From the NCBI GenBank assembly GCA_964057225.1, contig OZ059897.1:11408001-11472000 (forward strand): 64,000 nt of DNA. The letters are read 5' to 3'. The stretch is from Auanema rhodensis. Lineage: Eukaryota > Animalia > Nematoda. Below the pieces are notes generated by a model that saw only the letters and a list, made by a program, of their open reading frames with translations, had not been told where the DNA came from and ran no database searches. Position numbers and translations under genes: made by a program. Shown here in pieces: positions 1 through 11,859 of the stretch (the first letter of the stretch is position 1; each line of letters starts with the position of its first letter).

Positions 1-152
1 AGAAAATTATTATTTTTCACAATATTAAATACAATTTCAACAATAATTTAAATTTGTGCAAAAGAAAATGAGGAAACAGAACAAGGAGTTTCGGCGCAAG
101 AAGACAAAAAGTTGAAATTTGACAGAATACGACCACTCATTAAACAAGCACT

Positions 153-799
153 TTAATCACTAAACACATTTCTGGCAACATGAACAATAGGGTTCTCCGC
201 TGTTATATCAGATAGTATACGCTGCTTCTCACTTGTTAAAGGATGATTGTCAATCAGTAAATGACTATAGGGAGTAGACATTGCATCATCATACGCCTCT
301 AGAGCATTTTTGAAACGTGGCCCAAATAATTGCTGCAGACAATTACGTATTTCTAAAATATCTGAATGACTTTTCATCAGTATTATATATGTACTATTGA
401 TTCAACTGGTCCTGTCCAGTTGAAATGCCGCTTGCACAAGATTAAACACTGCCAAATTCCAGTGATGTGCCCACACTGTAAAAATGTTGTTGAGTAATTC
501 CTTTGCTGCTTTATTCGATGAAAAAAAGTTCATCAAATCATCCAGCACTAGTATAGTATTTACTCCCTTTGTTCTTTTATTAAATCAGGATCAGGAGGCC
601 CTTGAATAATTATTAAACGCTCATCATTTATTGGTACACCTGACGATGATCCACATTGACTGAACCAGAATATTCTATCAATGGGGACGTTGAAAAACTT
701 TTCAGTATTTTCGCATATGTGCTTTATGAGGGTTGTTTTACCGTATTGGGTTGCCCCTATTACAGTTGTCTGACTGGGTAGTATGAAGCTGAAAACCAT
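153..799 (-). pseudogene. Maverick A32/FtsK-like packaging ATPase, frameshifted near 560 with an internal stop
   Basis: Walker A GATQYGKT; Walker B ILVLDD in the shifted frame; C-terminal PYSHLLIDNHP typical of Polinton ATPases. Confidence 0.88.
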
Positions 800-1486
800 A
801 ATCAACCACTCGTAAATGTACCTAAAATGCAAATGATTTCATTTGTAATAGTGTACACGTATCAAGTGGTGGTTTGTCATGGATGATTTTTACATTACTC
901 TTCCATCATCAGTTGACTCTGAAAAAAGTAATACATCATCAGTGTTTCTTACCAGATTACCTGAAACACTAAGGCTACGCAATAACAGATATTGCATTGG
1001 GCTGACAGACATAATTTTTCCGTGTTCGATATAAAATGTACAAGAAAATCTTTCTTATACACTACGTTTTTCCAACAGAAAGTTTATTCTACACTTGCCC
1101 AAAGGTAACTATGCAAATGGTGATGAAATAATACGCGGAATCAATGCTGGAAAAGAACAATTTATTGCTAGCAGCACTAAACCTCTTGGAGCTGAGGAAG
1201 AAGCACGTATAAAGGGTTTGATAGATAAAGATGAAGATGTGAAAAAGTGGTATAATAATCGACAAGCTGAGGCTAAACTTGTCAAGGAAATGCTGGCAGA
1301 CGCCACGTTTCGGTTTAACAAAACACTACAACGCATAGAGTTTTAACAAGTAAGCGTCTATTATTGAATGCAACACTCGGTGATGCTCTCGCATATTTTC
1401 TTGACTTTGAGAATAAAATTATCAACAACACGTTAATAGCCAGGCGCCCCATTGAATTTTCAAATAACATTAATACAATGTATATA

Positions 1487-2746
1487 CAGTCATGTGCAAA
1501 AAACCTCGGACAAAAATATCTTAGAGGCCCCAGAAACCCCTTACAAACTACAACAAAATAAAATTTAGTAAAAAATCAATATTTAAGGCTTATGAAGTAT
1601 CAATTTTTCAGAAAATAGGCATCAATCTACTGAAACTAAACAATCAATTTAACGATTGAAATTTTTTAACTTTGGAAGCATGAATAATTAAAATTAAAAT
1701 GCAAAATTCATTTTTTTATTATTTAGATGGCTAAAGGAAAGAAGACTTGTGAGAAGTAAGAGTTATAATCCGTAACTTGAAAAAAAAGGGCTGACAATTA
1801 GAAAAATCAGCGACCTTCTCAGTATTCCAAAAAGTACTGTGCATCAAGTGTTCAAAGATGATGCTCGACCTTATCCAATACAAGGAGAAATGAGAGGAAG
1901 ACCCCGGAAAACCACACAAAGACAGGATGAAATGTTAGTTAAACTTGTTACTAAACATCCAGAACTAACGTCCACCGCTCTGAGTCAACATCTTCTGAAA
2001 ATGTGCTCTGTACGGCTACACGCGTCAAACGTGAAAAGAAGACTGATAGCCAGAAATTTAAGAGCCAGGATCCCAGCCCGTAAGCCTCTTATCAGTGTGA
2101 AGAACAGGCTAGCCAGAGTGGAGTTCGCCAACGCACATCTGAATTGGACCTTTGAAGACTGGTCCTCCGTCATTTTTACCGATGAAAGCAAGTTTTGCTT
2201 ATTCGGAAATAATGGTCCTGCTATGGTTCGTAGGCCTCCCAATACAAGATACAACCCCAAATACTTACGACCCACAGTCAAGTATGGTGGAGGCACAATC
2301 ATGGTTTGGGGTTGCTTCTGCTCTTCTGAAGTAGGACCACTTTTTCGTGTGGAAGGAAGAATGTGTGCCTCGGATTACCAGGATATCTTAAGAGAATGCC
2401 TTCTTCCCTATGCTATTTCCAAATTTAGGACAAGAAATAGGTTTATTCTACAGCAAGATAATGATCCAAAGCACACGGCCCGTTCAACAATTAGTTTCTT
2501 CAAAGATCAACGCCGGATCTCCTGAAGAATCTGATTTTATCCATGCCTAGAAGACTTCAAGCTGTTATTGATAACTTCAGTTATCCAACTAAATATTAAT
2601 AAAGTGTTTTTTTAACATTTTAGTTGTTTTTATTCATAAGTTTGGTTCCATAGATACTTGAAAATGTGTTTTTTCGAAATTGTAGTTTGTTTTCATTAAC
2701 ATAGAAGGGTTACAAAATCTTGTCCGAGGTTTTTTGCACATGACTG
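1487..2746 (+). mobile_element. Tc1-like DNA transposon 1 (internally deleted)
   Basis: Perfect 27-bp TIR CAGTCATGTGCAAAAAACCTCGGACAA. TA duplication confirmed against the empty site in copy B (ATG TAT ATA TAT TGT). Confidence 0.96.
1727..2599 (+). pseudogene. Tc1 transposase, frameshifted and lacking the SPDLNPIE (third catalytic residue) segment
   Basis: GRPRKT, FTDESKF and QQDNDPKH motifs present; deletion at about 2512. Confidence 0.9.
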
Positions 2747-3002
2747 TATATTGTGATATTGTAGAATATTCCATTCTCGGTAATGTGAAAGCTAATTTAC
2801 TTGCATGTTTACCTGTACCACCTCCCACTGAATTTGGTAAAATGATTGCCAAAACATTTAATCCTATTCGTTATGTACCAATCACTAAGCAAACACTCGA
2901 CACCATAGGTATTGAAATTTTAGATGAATTTGGTCGCCCTATGCAATTTAATTATGGTTCAACAGTTGTTACATTACATGTTAAAAATGTGAAATAAATG
3001 TT

Positions 3003-3359
3003 TTATTCAACAGTTATACAAGACCACATTACGATTTTCGAAGGTTTAAAAGGTAGTTCAGCGCCGTTTTGTTCGATGCGCGGCTCGTGTAGTGAATATT
3101 CTCGGTTACTATTATGAAGACGCCGAATATGACGCTGACAATTGAATTTTGTTCCATAAGTTTCACTACAATAAAGGCACAAACGTCTACGAACACCATC
3201 CAAATGTCCATATTTTTGAATAAAGTCAGCATTGCTGATATAACTGTTACATACGGGTTGAATCCCGTCATGTCTTTTCAATACGTGATCACTAAAATGC
3301 TTGGCTGATGAAAATATTCCCTGGCACGTAACACAAAACTTGTTACAAAAAAGTTCCAT
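3003..3359 (-). CDS. Maverick accessory protein with two C2H2 zinc fingers
   Basis: CVTC...HVLKRH and CLYC...HIRRLH; homologs start at 24035 and 63579. Confidence 0.75.
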   Translation of the reverse strand: MELFCNKFCVTCQGIFSSAKHFSDHVLKRHDGIQPVCNSYISNADFIQKYGHLDGVRRRLCLYCSETYGTKFNCQRHIRRLHNSNREYSLHEPRIEQNGAELPFKPSKIVMWSCITVE

Positions 3360-3400
3360 TAGAGGAAAATGAAAAACGACCACACACAATCAACCCACTT

Positions 3401-3571
3401 TTATATAATGAGCAATAATATGACTAGTGTTGTACAAAAGCCTAGTCCCAGAGATATTCCTTTAATGAATGGCACTGAAATACGTTTCAAAATCTTTTTG
3501 TACAGGGGTGTTGGCACAGATTGTTCCAACGTGTATCTTATACATAATTCACAGTGACAGGGAATATTCAT
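3401..3571 (-). CDS. 56-aa Maverick protein with CxCxxC and a C-terminal hydrophobic anchor
   Basis: The same 171-nt ORF (MNIPCHCELC...GLGFCTTLV) occurs at 23823-23993 and 63367-63537. Confidence 0.65.
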   Translation of the reverse strand: MNIPCHCELCIRYTLEQSVPTPLYKKILKRISVPFIKGISLGLGFCTTLVILLLII

Positions 3572-3617
3572 AACTGACCACCTAATGTAGCAGGTGACGT
3601 TTTAATGGCGAAGTTGA

Positions 3618-4073
3618 TCATATGCTAGATAATTTATAGTCGAATACTTTATGCATAAACGCTTTAATAAAGACATCATCGTTTTGTAATAGTTTAAAAA
3701 ATGAACAATTGCTTTCAAATGTATTACCAGCTGACAACATTAGTATTACAAATATTGCATAACCACCACAAGTGTATTCAATTATGCGTTGTGGTTTGCA
3801 AGTATTAACTTTTACATTTTTATATTTGGCCAGATAATGACGAATGTACTTGTTCATTTTATAACCCAAGCTACAGAAAAAGTAGGCTTGATCATTACGT
3901 ACAAAGATGACTTGCCAATGTGTGCCCGGTTTATCGTGTGTGTTAGTATTTACAACAAGTGCAAAGTTCTTTCGACGTGTTTTGGGTAGAGTATCGGCGC
4001 TAAACACACCTAGGAATAGTTTTCGAGTGATGCGGACAGATCGCAATAGTGACGCTATTTCAGACGAATACAT
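3618..4073 (-). CDS. Adenain-like (C5) cysteine protease
   Basis: GVFSAD, PGTHW (His) and PQ...TCGGY (Gln/Cys) motifs. Confidence 0.93.
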   Translation of the reverse strand: MYSSEIASLLRSVRITRKLFLGVFSADTLPKTRRKNFALVVNTNTHDKPGTHWQVIFVRNDQAYFFCSLGYKMNKYIRHYLAKYKNVKVNTCKPQRIIEYTCGGYAIFVILMLSAGNTFESNCSFFKLLQNDDVFIKAFMHKVFDYKLSSI

Positions 4074-4183
4074 TTAGTAAAATGATCTAGTGTTACTTTT
4101 GTATTGCGCACGTGCGGTTCAATATGCCACACCTCCTTCTAGACTTGAACTCAATTCAATGGACAACACTTTTGAATTAACAA
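4074..4183. promoter_or_regulatory. Probable bidirectional promoter between the protease and the pVI-like/MCP genes
   Basis: 110-nt divergent intergenic region conserved in three copies; palindrome CGCACGTGCG at 4107-4116 (imperfect in copy B). Confidence 0.35.
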
Positions 4184-4576
4184 ATGGGTGGGGCGCCATT
4201 TAGTGGAATGATGTTTCAACGTGGTATGCAGAGAGGTCATGGCCTGGGTGGTATACTGGCAACTTTGGCATCGTTTTTACCTCGCATTATTCAATCACCT
4301 ATAGCCCAAAATCTCATCAATGCTGGAAGGAATGCATTATCCAGTGCTGTAAGCAATAGTCCAGTTGTAAATTCACCTCTTGGCGGCCAGTTGCTAAAAA
4401 CTAGCAATGAAATTGTTGATGGGGTGCTCAAGGGCGATAATATCAAGCAAACTCTTAAAACAGCCGGCCGGCAGGCTATACGAGATCTTACCGGTTCGGG
4501 CAAGCGGCGACGACGCAAAACCACAAAACCTCATAAACGTCTGTGCATAACTCGTGAGCGGTCGTATCGTATTTAA
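4184..4576 (+). CDS. Polinton core / membrane-lytic (adenovirus pVI-like) protein
   Basis: QRGHGLGGILATL amphipathic motif, LTGSG cleavage-like site and basic KRRRRK tail; lies immediately upstream of MCP. Confidence 0.72.
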   Translation: MGGAPFSGMMFQRGMQRGHGLGGILATLASFLPRIIQSPIAQNLINAGRNALSSAVSNSPVVNSPLGGQLLKTSNEIVDGVLKGDNIKQTLKTAGRQAIRDLTGSGKRRRRKTTKPHKRLCITRERSYRI

Positions 4577-5908
4577 ATGGCTAAATTGATAGATTCAAAA
4601 TCAGCACAAGCACTTTTACCTAATATTAATTATAGTGACATACCGGCGTCGGCATTAGGTGTTGAATCCACTCGTACTGTACAAGTTCCTTTAAAAAATA
4701 CTTTTCTTCCTCAAGGACCATGGGAATTTGTTATAGCCCAAAATTCCAAATCATTTCTTAATTTGAGAAGGTGTTGGTTGAATGTAAAATTCAAAATTGT
4801 AACCACAAACGGCGATCCAGTACCAGACAACCTTGTTTTTGCACCATGCCAACAGTTTGCAGCCAGTTTGATACACTCGTATCATTTAAAAATTGGTGAT
4901 GTTAGCGTGTATGACTCTACCGTAAATCATGCCTACAAAACATATATTAAGAATATTCTAATGTATAGCAACGATGTTAAAGAGAGCAAACTTGCCATAT
5001 CAGGCTATTATGCGGATAGATATCTAGATAATGCAGCCAGTCCTGGATTTAGAGCGCGACAAGGGCTTGTTAAAAATGGCATATTGTGTGAGATGGCTGC
5101 TCCCATCAGTATCGACTCATTCAATCAGGAACGACTGTTTGTAAACTATTCAAAAATGGAGCTAACTGCATATCCAAACCGTGATAATTTCTTAATTGAC
5201 ACACTTGGATGGTATAATGAAAGCAAGGATGCTGCAATGAAGGAGGAGTTTCCAAACCTGAAAATAGATGACAATGTACACTTGCTTATTCAAGAGTTTG
5301 ATCTAAACGCTGGATTAGCTATGGCTATAGAAGATAAACTTGTAAAGGAACGAATACACTGCCCCATGACGTCAGTGAAAATGCGCTCTTATTTCATAGA
5401 AGGAGGCCGTTGGGATTCACCCAATAACATATTATTCACGTCGCATACACCGAAACGTGTTGTAGTAGGTCTTGTCGGCGCACACGCCTATAATGGTACT
5501 TTTAAACATTCGCCATTCAACTTTAAACCGTTTGAATTGAAAAATATAAACTTGACGCTCAACAATCGGGTAACACCTACCCGCCCTTATAACTTAGAAT
5601 GGCGTTCTTCCTATGCCACCGCATATATTGACATGTTGGAGGGTTTGGGTCTTGGTCGTACAGATTCATCCAATGGTATTACACCAGCAATGTATAAAGC
5701 TGGTTTCACATTTTTTGTATTTGATATTTCACCGACTGTACACTCGTCCGAGTTATTTGATGTTATACGACAAGGTAATGTGGCCCTGAAATTGGAATTT
5801 GGTCAACAAACGCCGCAAGAGGGTTTATATGCTATTGTTTATGCAAAATATGACTCTATTCTTTCAATTGACAACAATTGTGCTCCATATATTGATACCA
5901 GTTTGTAA
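4577..5908 (+). CDS. Maverick major capsid protein (double jelly-roll), open 443-aa ORF
   Basis: GPWEF, PKRVVVGLV..AYNG...SPFNFKPF and GFTFFVFDISP motifs of Polinton MCP. Confidence 0.92.
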   Translation: MAKLIDSKSAQALLPNINYSDIPASALGVESTRTVQVPLKNTFLPQGPWEFVIAQNSKSFLNLRRCWLNVKFKIVTTNGDPVPDNLVFAPCQQFAASLIHSYHLKIGDVSVYDSTVNHAYKTYIKNILMYSNDVKESKLAISGYYADRYLDNAASPGFRARQGLVKNGILCEMAAPISIDSFNQERLFVNYSKMELTAYPNRDNFLIDTLGWYNESKDAAMKEEFPNLKIDDNVHLLIQEFDLNAGLAMAIEDKLVKERIHCPMTSVKMRSYFIEGGRWDSPNNILFTSHTPKRVVVGLVGAHAYNGTFKHSPFNFKPFELKNINLTLNNRVTPTRPYNLEWRSSYATAYIDMLEGLGLGRTDSSNGITPAMYKAGFTFFVFDISPTVHSSELFDVIRQGNVALKLEFGQQTPQEGLYAIVYAKYDSILSIDNNCAPYIDTSL

Positions 5909-6046
5909 TGTATGTAATAAACTCTTTAAAACATTTGATGAGAAGAATAAAATTTATTAATACAACTATACATAAAAATCTATAAATACAACCATATACA
6001 AATATACACGCAATAATAAAATTTATAAATTCAAATATATTAAAAA

Positions 6047-9000
6047 TTATTCACAATAACCATAGGGTAAAGTACTAAAATCGTCTAGATAACAAAGTTT
6101 ATCCATTACAACCTTGGTACTTTTTGTCATGTCCATCGTGGATATGGAACCAAGCTGCCTCTTTAATAACGTTTTTTTGGTTTTTAAAACCAACTTTTCT
6201 CCATCCATCACGAGTCCTCGAACCAATCGCTCCATACTTTGATAGTTTACCACGGTGGTTGCCGTGTAGTCCAGCGTCTGTAATTTCAAAAGTTTCTCAA
6301 TAATATATTTTTATACTTACCACTCCCTTTGCCTTGGTGATATACTTGACCTGACCAGTTGCATTTACTAGCTCATAACTATAAACTTTTGCAGCTGGTG
6401 AAACAAATTTGGTCATTGACCAACCATCGGGTATTTCTGAGGTTAGTTTACCTAACCATTCACCCTTCATATCCTCAATTGGATCAGGCTGATCGAGGCA
6501 TTTTAAATAAATTAGAGAATCGGTGTCTAAATGATGCACGTTTAAATTGTATACAAAGTATAAAATTACCTGTATACACCAAGTTCTTTCCAATTTTTTC
6601 CATTGTCTTATACAATAGTAGCCTTGCATGAATATCATGAACCATACAAGGTTGATATGAGAGGAAGGGAACGAAAAACAACCCAGGGACAAGACAATAT
6701 GATGGTTTTGGCTTGTACAACGACATCCTGACATGACGTCATCCGAGTTAAGCCAGCATATTTTTCGAATGTTCAAGATTCAGCTTCATCCCTCAAACGT
6801 AAGAAGAAGATTGATCGCAAGAAATCTAAAAGCTCGTGTACCAGTTCGTAAGCCTCTCATATCAGTTACGAACAGGCTGAAAAAAATTCAATTTGCTCAG
6901 GAGCATTTGAATTGGTCGTATCAAGATTGGTCGTCAGTCATATTTACCGACGAAAGCAAATTTTGCTTATTTGGTAATGACGGACCAGGATTCATCAGAA
7001 GACCTGTGAACCAGCGGTACAACCCCAAGTTTATGAGGCCAACTGTGAAGCATGGAGGAGGAAACGTCATGGTCTGGGGCTGCTTCTGTTCCACCGAAGT
7101 AGGACCCTTATTTTGAATAGAAGGCAGAATGTGTGCAGAGGATTATCAACACATCCTTCAAGAGAGCTTCCTGCCGTTTGCTATCACCAAGTTTGGAACT
7201 AGGAATAGATTCATTCTCCAGCAAGAAAACGATCCGAAGCACACAGCTCGTTCAACAAATAAATTTTTTGATGAACATCGCCTAAATGTTCTGAAATGGC
7301 CAAGTCAATCGCCAGATCTCAACCCGATCGAACATCTTTGGAGAGAACTTGGTCGACGTGCTGCCAAATTCCCTTGTTCAAACAAGGATGAGAAGTTCAG
7401 AGTCTTACGGACCCTATGGAGAGAAATTTCGCCGGAAATTCTGAAGAAGCTCGTGGAATCGATGCCAAGAAGACTTCAAGCTGTGATCGATAATTTTGGG
7501 TACCCCACAAAATATTAATAAACTTGTTATTTATTTTTTTTAAGTTCATTTTTTGATTCTATAGTGTTTTTCAACACTTCTACTATTTTTTTCGATTTTT
7601 TTGTAGTTTGCTTCAAAAGATACAGGGGTTTCTAGTAGGTGTCCGACTTTCATCGCACATGACTGTACCTATTCAGCTGTAGTTTGGTAATGCTACGCAT
7701 GGCCGCATTCTTTTCAATTTTTTTGCTCTCCAGAGCAACACCAGTGTTTTTCTAGTGCTCTTGGAGATATTTTAGCTGTAAAATGTTATTTAATGCCATA
7801 CTTTTCATGAAACATACCTTTTCAGCCTCTGTCATATTTGGCTTAGGCCAGCCCGATGCTTCTTGCTTAATTTTTATGCACTATTGTACAAAATCCTTGA
7901 ATAGGCCTCCTTGCTGCCATTCATCCCAGTGCCAAACCTCATAAACATGAAGCACTTTGTAGCCACGAGTCGAGTTTACTTTGTAGCCACGAATCGAGTT
8001 ACAACCTCAGTGTCCTTCATAAAATTTGCCATTTGCTCATTTGATGACATTTGAGCAGTAATTTCGTGTTCCCACACAGTGGTTATACTAATGCCCTGGC
8101 CTCATTTGATGACATTTGAGCAGTAATTTCGTGTTCCCACACAGTGGTTATACTAATGCCCCCCCCGAATAGCTTCAAGCCTTTTCATGGTTTTTTCATA
8201 AACCTAAATGTTTCAGCTTAAAATGATTAAAAAAAAAAGTATTGGTTACCTCTTCCATTGTTTCACCATTTCTGCCTGGTGCAATAGCAGTCTTGTTGGT
8301 GCACTGGGGGCAACCATGATAAATACAGCCGTTAAACTACAAAATTTTTTATTTTTTACATTTAATACAAATTACTCACCTCATAGCCGTGATTAGCCAC
8401 ACTGTCATAAGCATCAAGTAGATAGCGTTGGCTATCTACTCTCACAACAATATTCCAGAAGCTCCTCATCAAAATCAAACACACTTTGATTACGCTCTTC
8501 ATACCAAATATTGAATGAAGCTAGGTCTTCTGCTTTCATTCTAGCAGTACAATAGTACTGTTTTAGTGGTAAAGATGGTAACACTTCGCCATAATTTATT
8601 GGATGATTAAAGAGGTATGGGAATTGTCCTTAACTCATATCAGGTACACCAAATGCCTTGGGTAACGCTGATAAGGGTAAAGGCACTAGTAAATAACTAT
8701 CTTTAAAACATAAATGATTAATGTTTTGTCCTCTTAAAGGCTTGACAACCATGCTAATAATCTTGGTCCCATTTATAATGGGGTCAGGATATATTCCACG
8801 GTTTATCAGCTTAGACACCAAGAAATGTATGTCAAAGCGTGAACCATTATGCGCTATCAAAATTGCATTATCATTCTCAACAGAGTTGAGTAACCAATCA
8901 AGGAAACGATCTGTTACAGATCATTCACTATCACCTTGTTGGTACCCAAAATGGCCCTCCTTGGTTGTGCATTTTTCACAGGAATTGGCATCTATACAAC

Positions 9001-9192
9001 TTTCACAAAATTTGTTATACACAACCATTTTGGGCCATTGTTCATCTGCATATTCATGAACATTTGTGCCGTTTTTTAACACAACTGTTTCAAAGTCATA
9101 AAATATGAGCTTAAACAAGGAAGCATTACATTTGTAAAGATAACAACTACAAACCTTGAACTTTTCTTGCTTCTTTTTTAGCTGAGCCTTCT
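6047..9192 (-). pseudogene. Protein-primed PolB of copy A (spliced, partly deleted, interrupted by Tc1-2)
   Basis: Motif C YT|DTDS across intron 6527-6569; KAKGV|TLD across intron 6278-6320; KVYSY; exonuclease motifs YDFET and AHNGSRFD. Confidence 0.9.
6631..7665 (+). mobile_element. Tc1-like transposon 2, 5'-truncated; transposase pseudogene (stop at 7114, QQEND)
   Basis: FTDESKF and SPDLNPIEHLW motifs; right TIR ...TCGCACATGACTG followed by TA at 7666. Confidence 0.92.
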
Positions 9193-9993
9193 TACATGTG
9201 TGGGTCAGCGCACCTGTTTTAACGATCTTATCGAATTAATCTTCGATATGTGTTCCATTGGAAACAACACAATTGTTTGTGAATCCTATCGAATTAACCT
9301 TCGATATGTGTTTTATTGAGTTAGTATATTAGAATATACTAATATAAAATTTAAAACAATTTCTTTAAACTATTCTTTCATGTAATTTGAAAATATTAGG
9401 CAACTTGGTACATGTGGTGTACAGCTATTTATCATATTTTAATGAACAAAACGTTTGCCATGTGGTTTTTGTGTGGGTCAGCGCACCTGTTTTAACGATC
9501 TTATCGAATTAACCTTCGATATGTGTTCCATTAACTTTTGTTTTTCACATCGTTCTTATCGAATTAACCTTTGATATGTGTTTCATTAACTTTTGTATTT
9601 CATATCGTTCTTATCGAATTAACCTTCGATATGTATTCCATTAACTTTTGTATTTCATATCGTTCTTATCGAATTAACCTTCGATATGAGTTCCATTGAT
9701 TTACCCATAAGAGGTACGGTGAACATATTAATTAGCTTTTATATATATTCAAATTTTATAAATTAAAACAAAAACAATATATATTAAAATGTTTATTCAA
9801 ATGTATAAATATTGAAAATACATTTAAAAGGAGATAATTTTAAAAATATATAAAAATACATTTAAAAAGAAATAATTAAATAATAATATTTAAAACATAT
9901 ATAAATAATAAAAATTCATTTAAAATACATTAAAAAATAATTTTAAAAAAGATTTTTAAAAAAAATCATGCATTTTGATCCATGCGCAGGCTC
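9193..9993 (+). repeat. Maverick subterminal/TIR sequence (type I) with 55-bp tandem repeats, outer end deleted; duplicate at 12601-13401
   Basis: Matches 38150-38666 and 44150-44670; inverted homolog at 15268-16220. Confidence 0.85.
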
Positions 9994-11859
9994 ATCTTGA
10001 GTATTCAAGACGCTTTTAGTAAATGGGGAACAACTTGCCCATTAATAACACAAACGGCTACTGAAATCACAAAAGCGTTTGTAATTAGATTTGTTTTCAT
10101 ATATGGACCACCAATGAGTATGATAACCGATAATGGTAGTAGCTTTTTGTCATCTGAATTTCAAGCTATGTGTAAACAATTTGGAATTAAACACACTACT
10201 ACGCTACCATATCATAAAAATGCTAATGGACAAGTTGAGAGACTTCATAGAACTTTGGAAGAAGCTCTCTCTTCATTCGTGAATGAACAACAAACTAACT
10301 GGGATATACACCTACCCAAAGTTATGTTTGTGATCAATACGTTACCAAACTCATCAACATCTATTAGTCCATATGTTGTATTATTTGGTCGGGATGCAAG
10401 ACTTCCTATTGACCATCAATTGCCTGGAAATAATCTTCAAACTGAAGAACCAGCCAATCCTACAGAAGATTTTGTCAATAGATCGCTAATACAAAATGAA
10501 AGCACATATAATATAGTAAAAGATAGAATTGAAACATGCAGCCACCCTGTCGGACTCGGACATCAGCGAGGACAACAAAGATCAGGAACAAGGATCACCA
10601 GAGCCACACCTTTTGTATGTCACACAACAACAAAGAAGAATGAACAACAGTACAATACACGAAATAGAACACAAAAAAAAGAAATTCAGGTTAATGACTT
10701 AGTTATGAAAAGTGAATTCTACTCGAAACAAACTAACATTATTTAGTTACAGCAGTTCAAAGATCTTTCGTCGTGGTTCAAATAGATAAAGGAAAAAGCA
10801 GAAGAGTACACAAGGACTTTGTCAAACCTTATCAACGGACAACATTTATTCCGGTTATCACGATTTCTTGCAGGTAGTTTTTTTTAACTAAATCAAACTG
10901 TTGAAATTTTTTTTTATTTTGTGCCATTTCTGATTGTAACACTTCTTTGTTGTTGATTGATTTTCTCTGAGAAGTCTGCTATTGTTTTACAAGGTTTTGT
11001 TTTATTACTCCAATTTTCATTGAGTAGATTTTTTTCAATATTCTCTTGTGAATCTTGCTATTTGTTATGCTTAATCATTACTTGTATTCACCTTATGGAC
11101 ATTAGTCATACGGGTCAAACGAGTTTTTATTTTTTTGTACAGAACGGGCTCGACCTATTCTCAGGGTAACACCGTACCTGTACAACTCAAGAAAATGAAC
11201 GACTATATCACAGTCGAATGGTTTAGAAGCAAAGCTCTCGTTTGCAAGCATTTCACTACTCAAGTGAATGGAATAGAATCTACTCGATACTACATTTCAA
11301 ATTCAACAAACTTGAAGAGACAATAGCTAAACTTTCAAATCGTATTGTATACATTTTTTTTATCCACTACACCATGATTTTTTTTCCAACATCCAACTAT
11401 CTTAAAAAGCGAATTAATTTATTTTGTTTTTGAACGAGGAAGTTCAACTTTTTAAGGTGGGGCGATGTCACATCGGCAAGCACATGGTAAACATGTGCGC
11501 GCTATTCAAATAGCGGGAGCCTGAACAAGCCCCGCCTACAACATGGGACACACATGACACTCTTGCTTCTGGCCTAACCCAGATAGGTTGTCTTATAGTC
11601 ATGTGAGTCTCATCTCTTTATCATCTATATATATCATCTATATATATCATCTATTTAATACTTTATTATATCTCTTTATATTCTTTCTTAATTTAATTCT
11701 TATATTGTACTTTCTTGTTATCTGATAATGAATCCTTTTCTCTTTAAGTATTTGTCTTAATAAGGAAATCGGGGCGTTCGGGTCTGCCTACCTAAGGAAC
11801 AAGGTAGAAGTACATATATCTTCCGACCATGAGAAGACGGGAAGAAACAATATGTAACG
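9994..11859 (+). mobile_element. 5'-truncated gypsy family 2 copy (integrase 3' half, 3' UTR, PPT, LTR 11466-11859); duplicate at 13402-15267
   Basis: Near-identical to 61507-63361; ITDNGS and VERLH integrase motifs. Confidence 0.93.

Larger units (their letters stand above)
879..2997 (+). pseudogene. Maverick minor capsid (penton-like) protein, split by Tc1 at 1487-2746
   Basis: N-terminus MDDFYITLPS...FLTRLP; C-terminus YCDIVEYS...IEILDEFGRPMQFNYGSTVVTLH; uninterrupted homolog at 24493-25212. Confidence 0.85.
1..9192 (-). mobile_element. Maverick/Polinton copy A (fragment, inverted relative to copy B), interrupted by two Tc1 elements
   Basis: Syntenic set ATPase, minor capsid, ZnF, protease, pVI-like, MCP and pPolB, in mirror order to copy B. 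Confidence 0.92.

Noticed and set aside
3369-3557. ORF MKNDHTQSTHF (also 23837-24025)
   Set aside because: It is the antisense shadow of the 56-aa TM gene and its start is lost in copy C.
9480-9700. Palindromic 55-bp repeats resembling a CRISPR array
   Set aside because: There are no unique spacers and no cas genes; the context is eukaryotic Maverick subterminal DNA.
9982-10746. 254-aa ORF as a standalone integrase gene
   Set aside because: The ATG comes from the Maverick TIR at a breakpoint; the ORF lacks HHCC and the first catalytic Asp.
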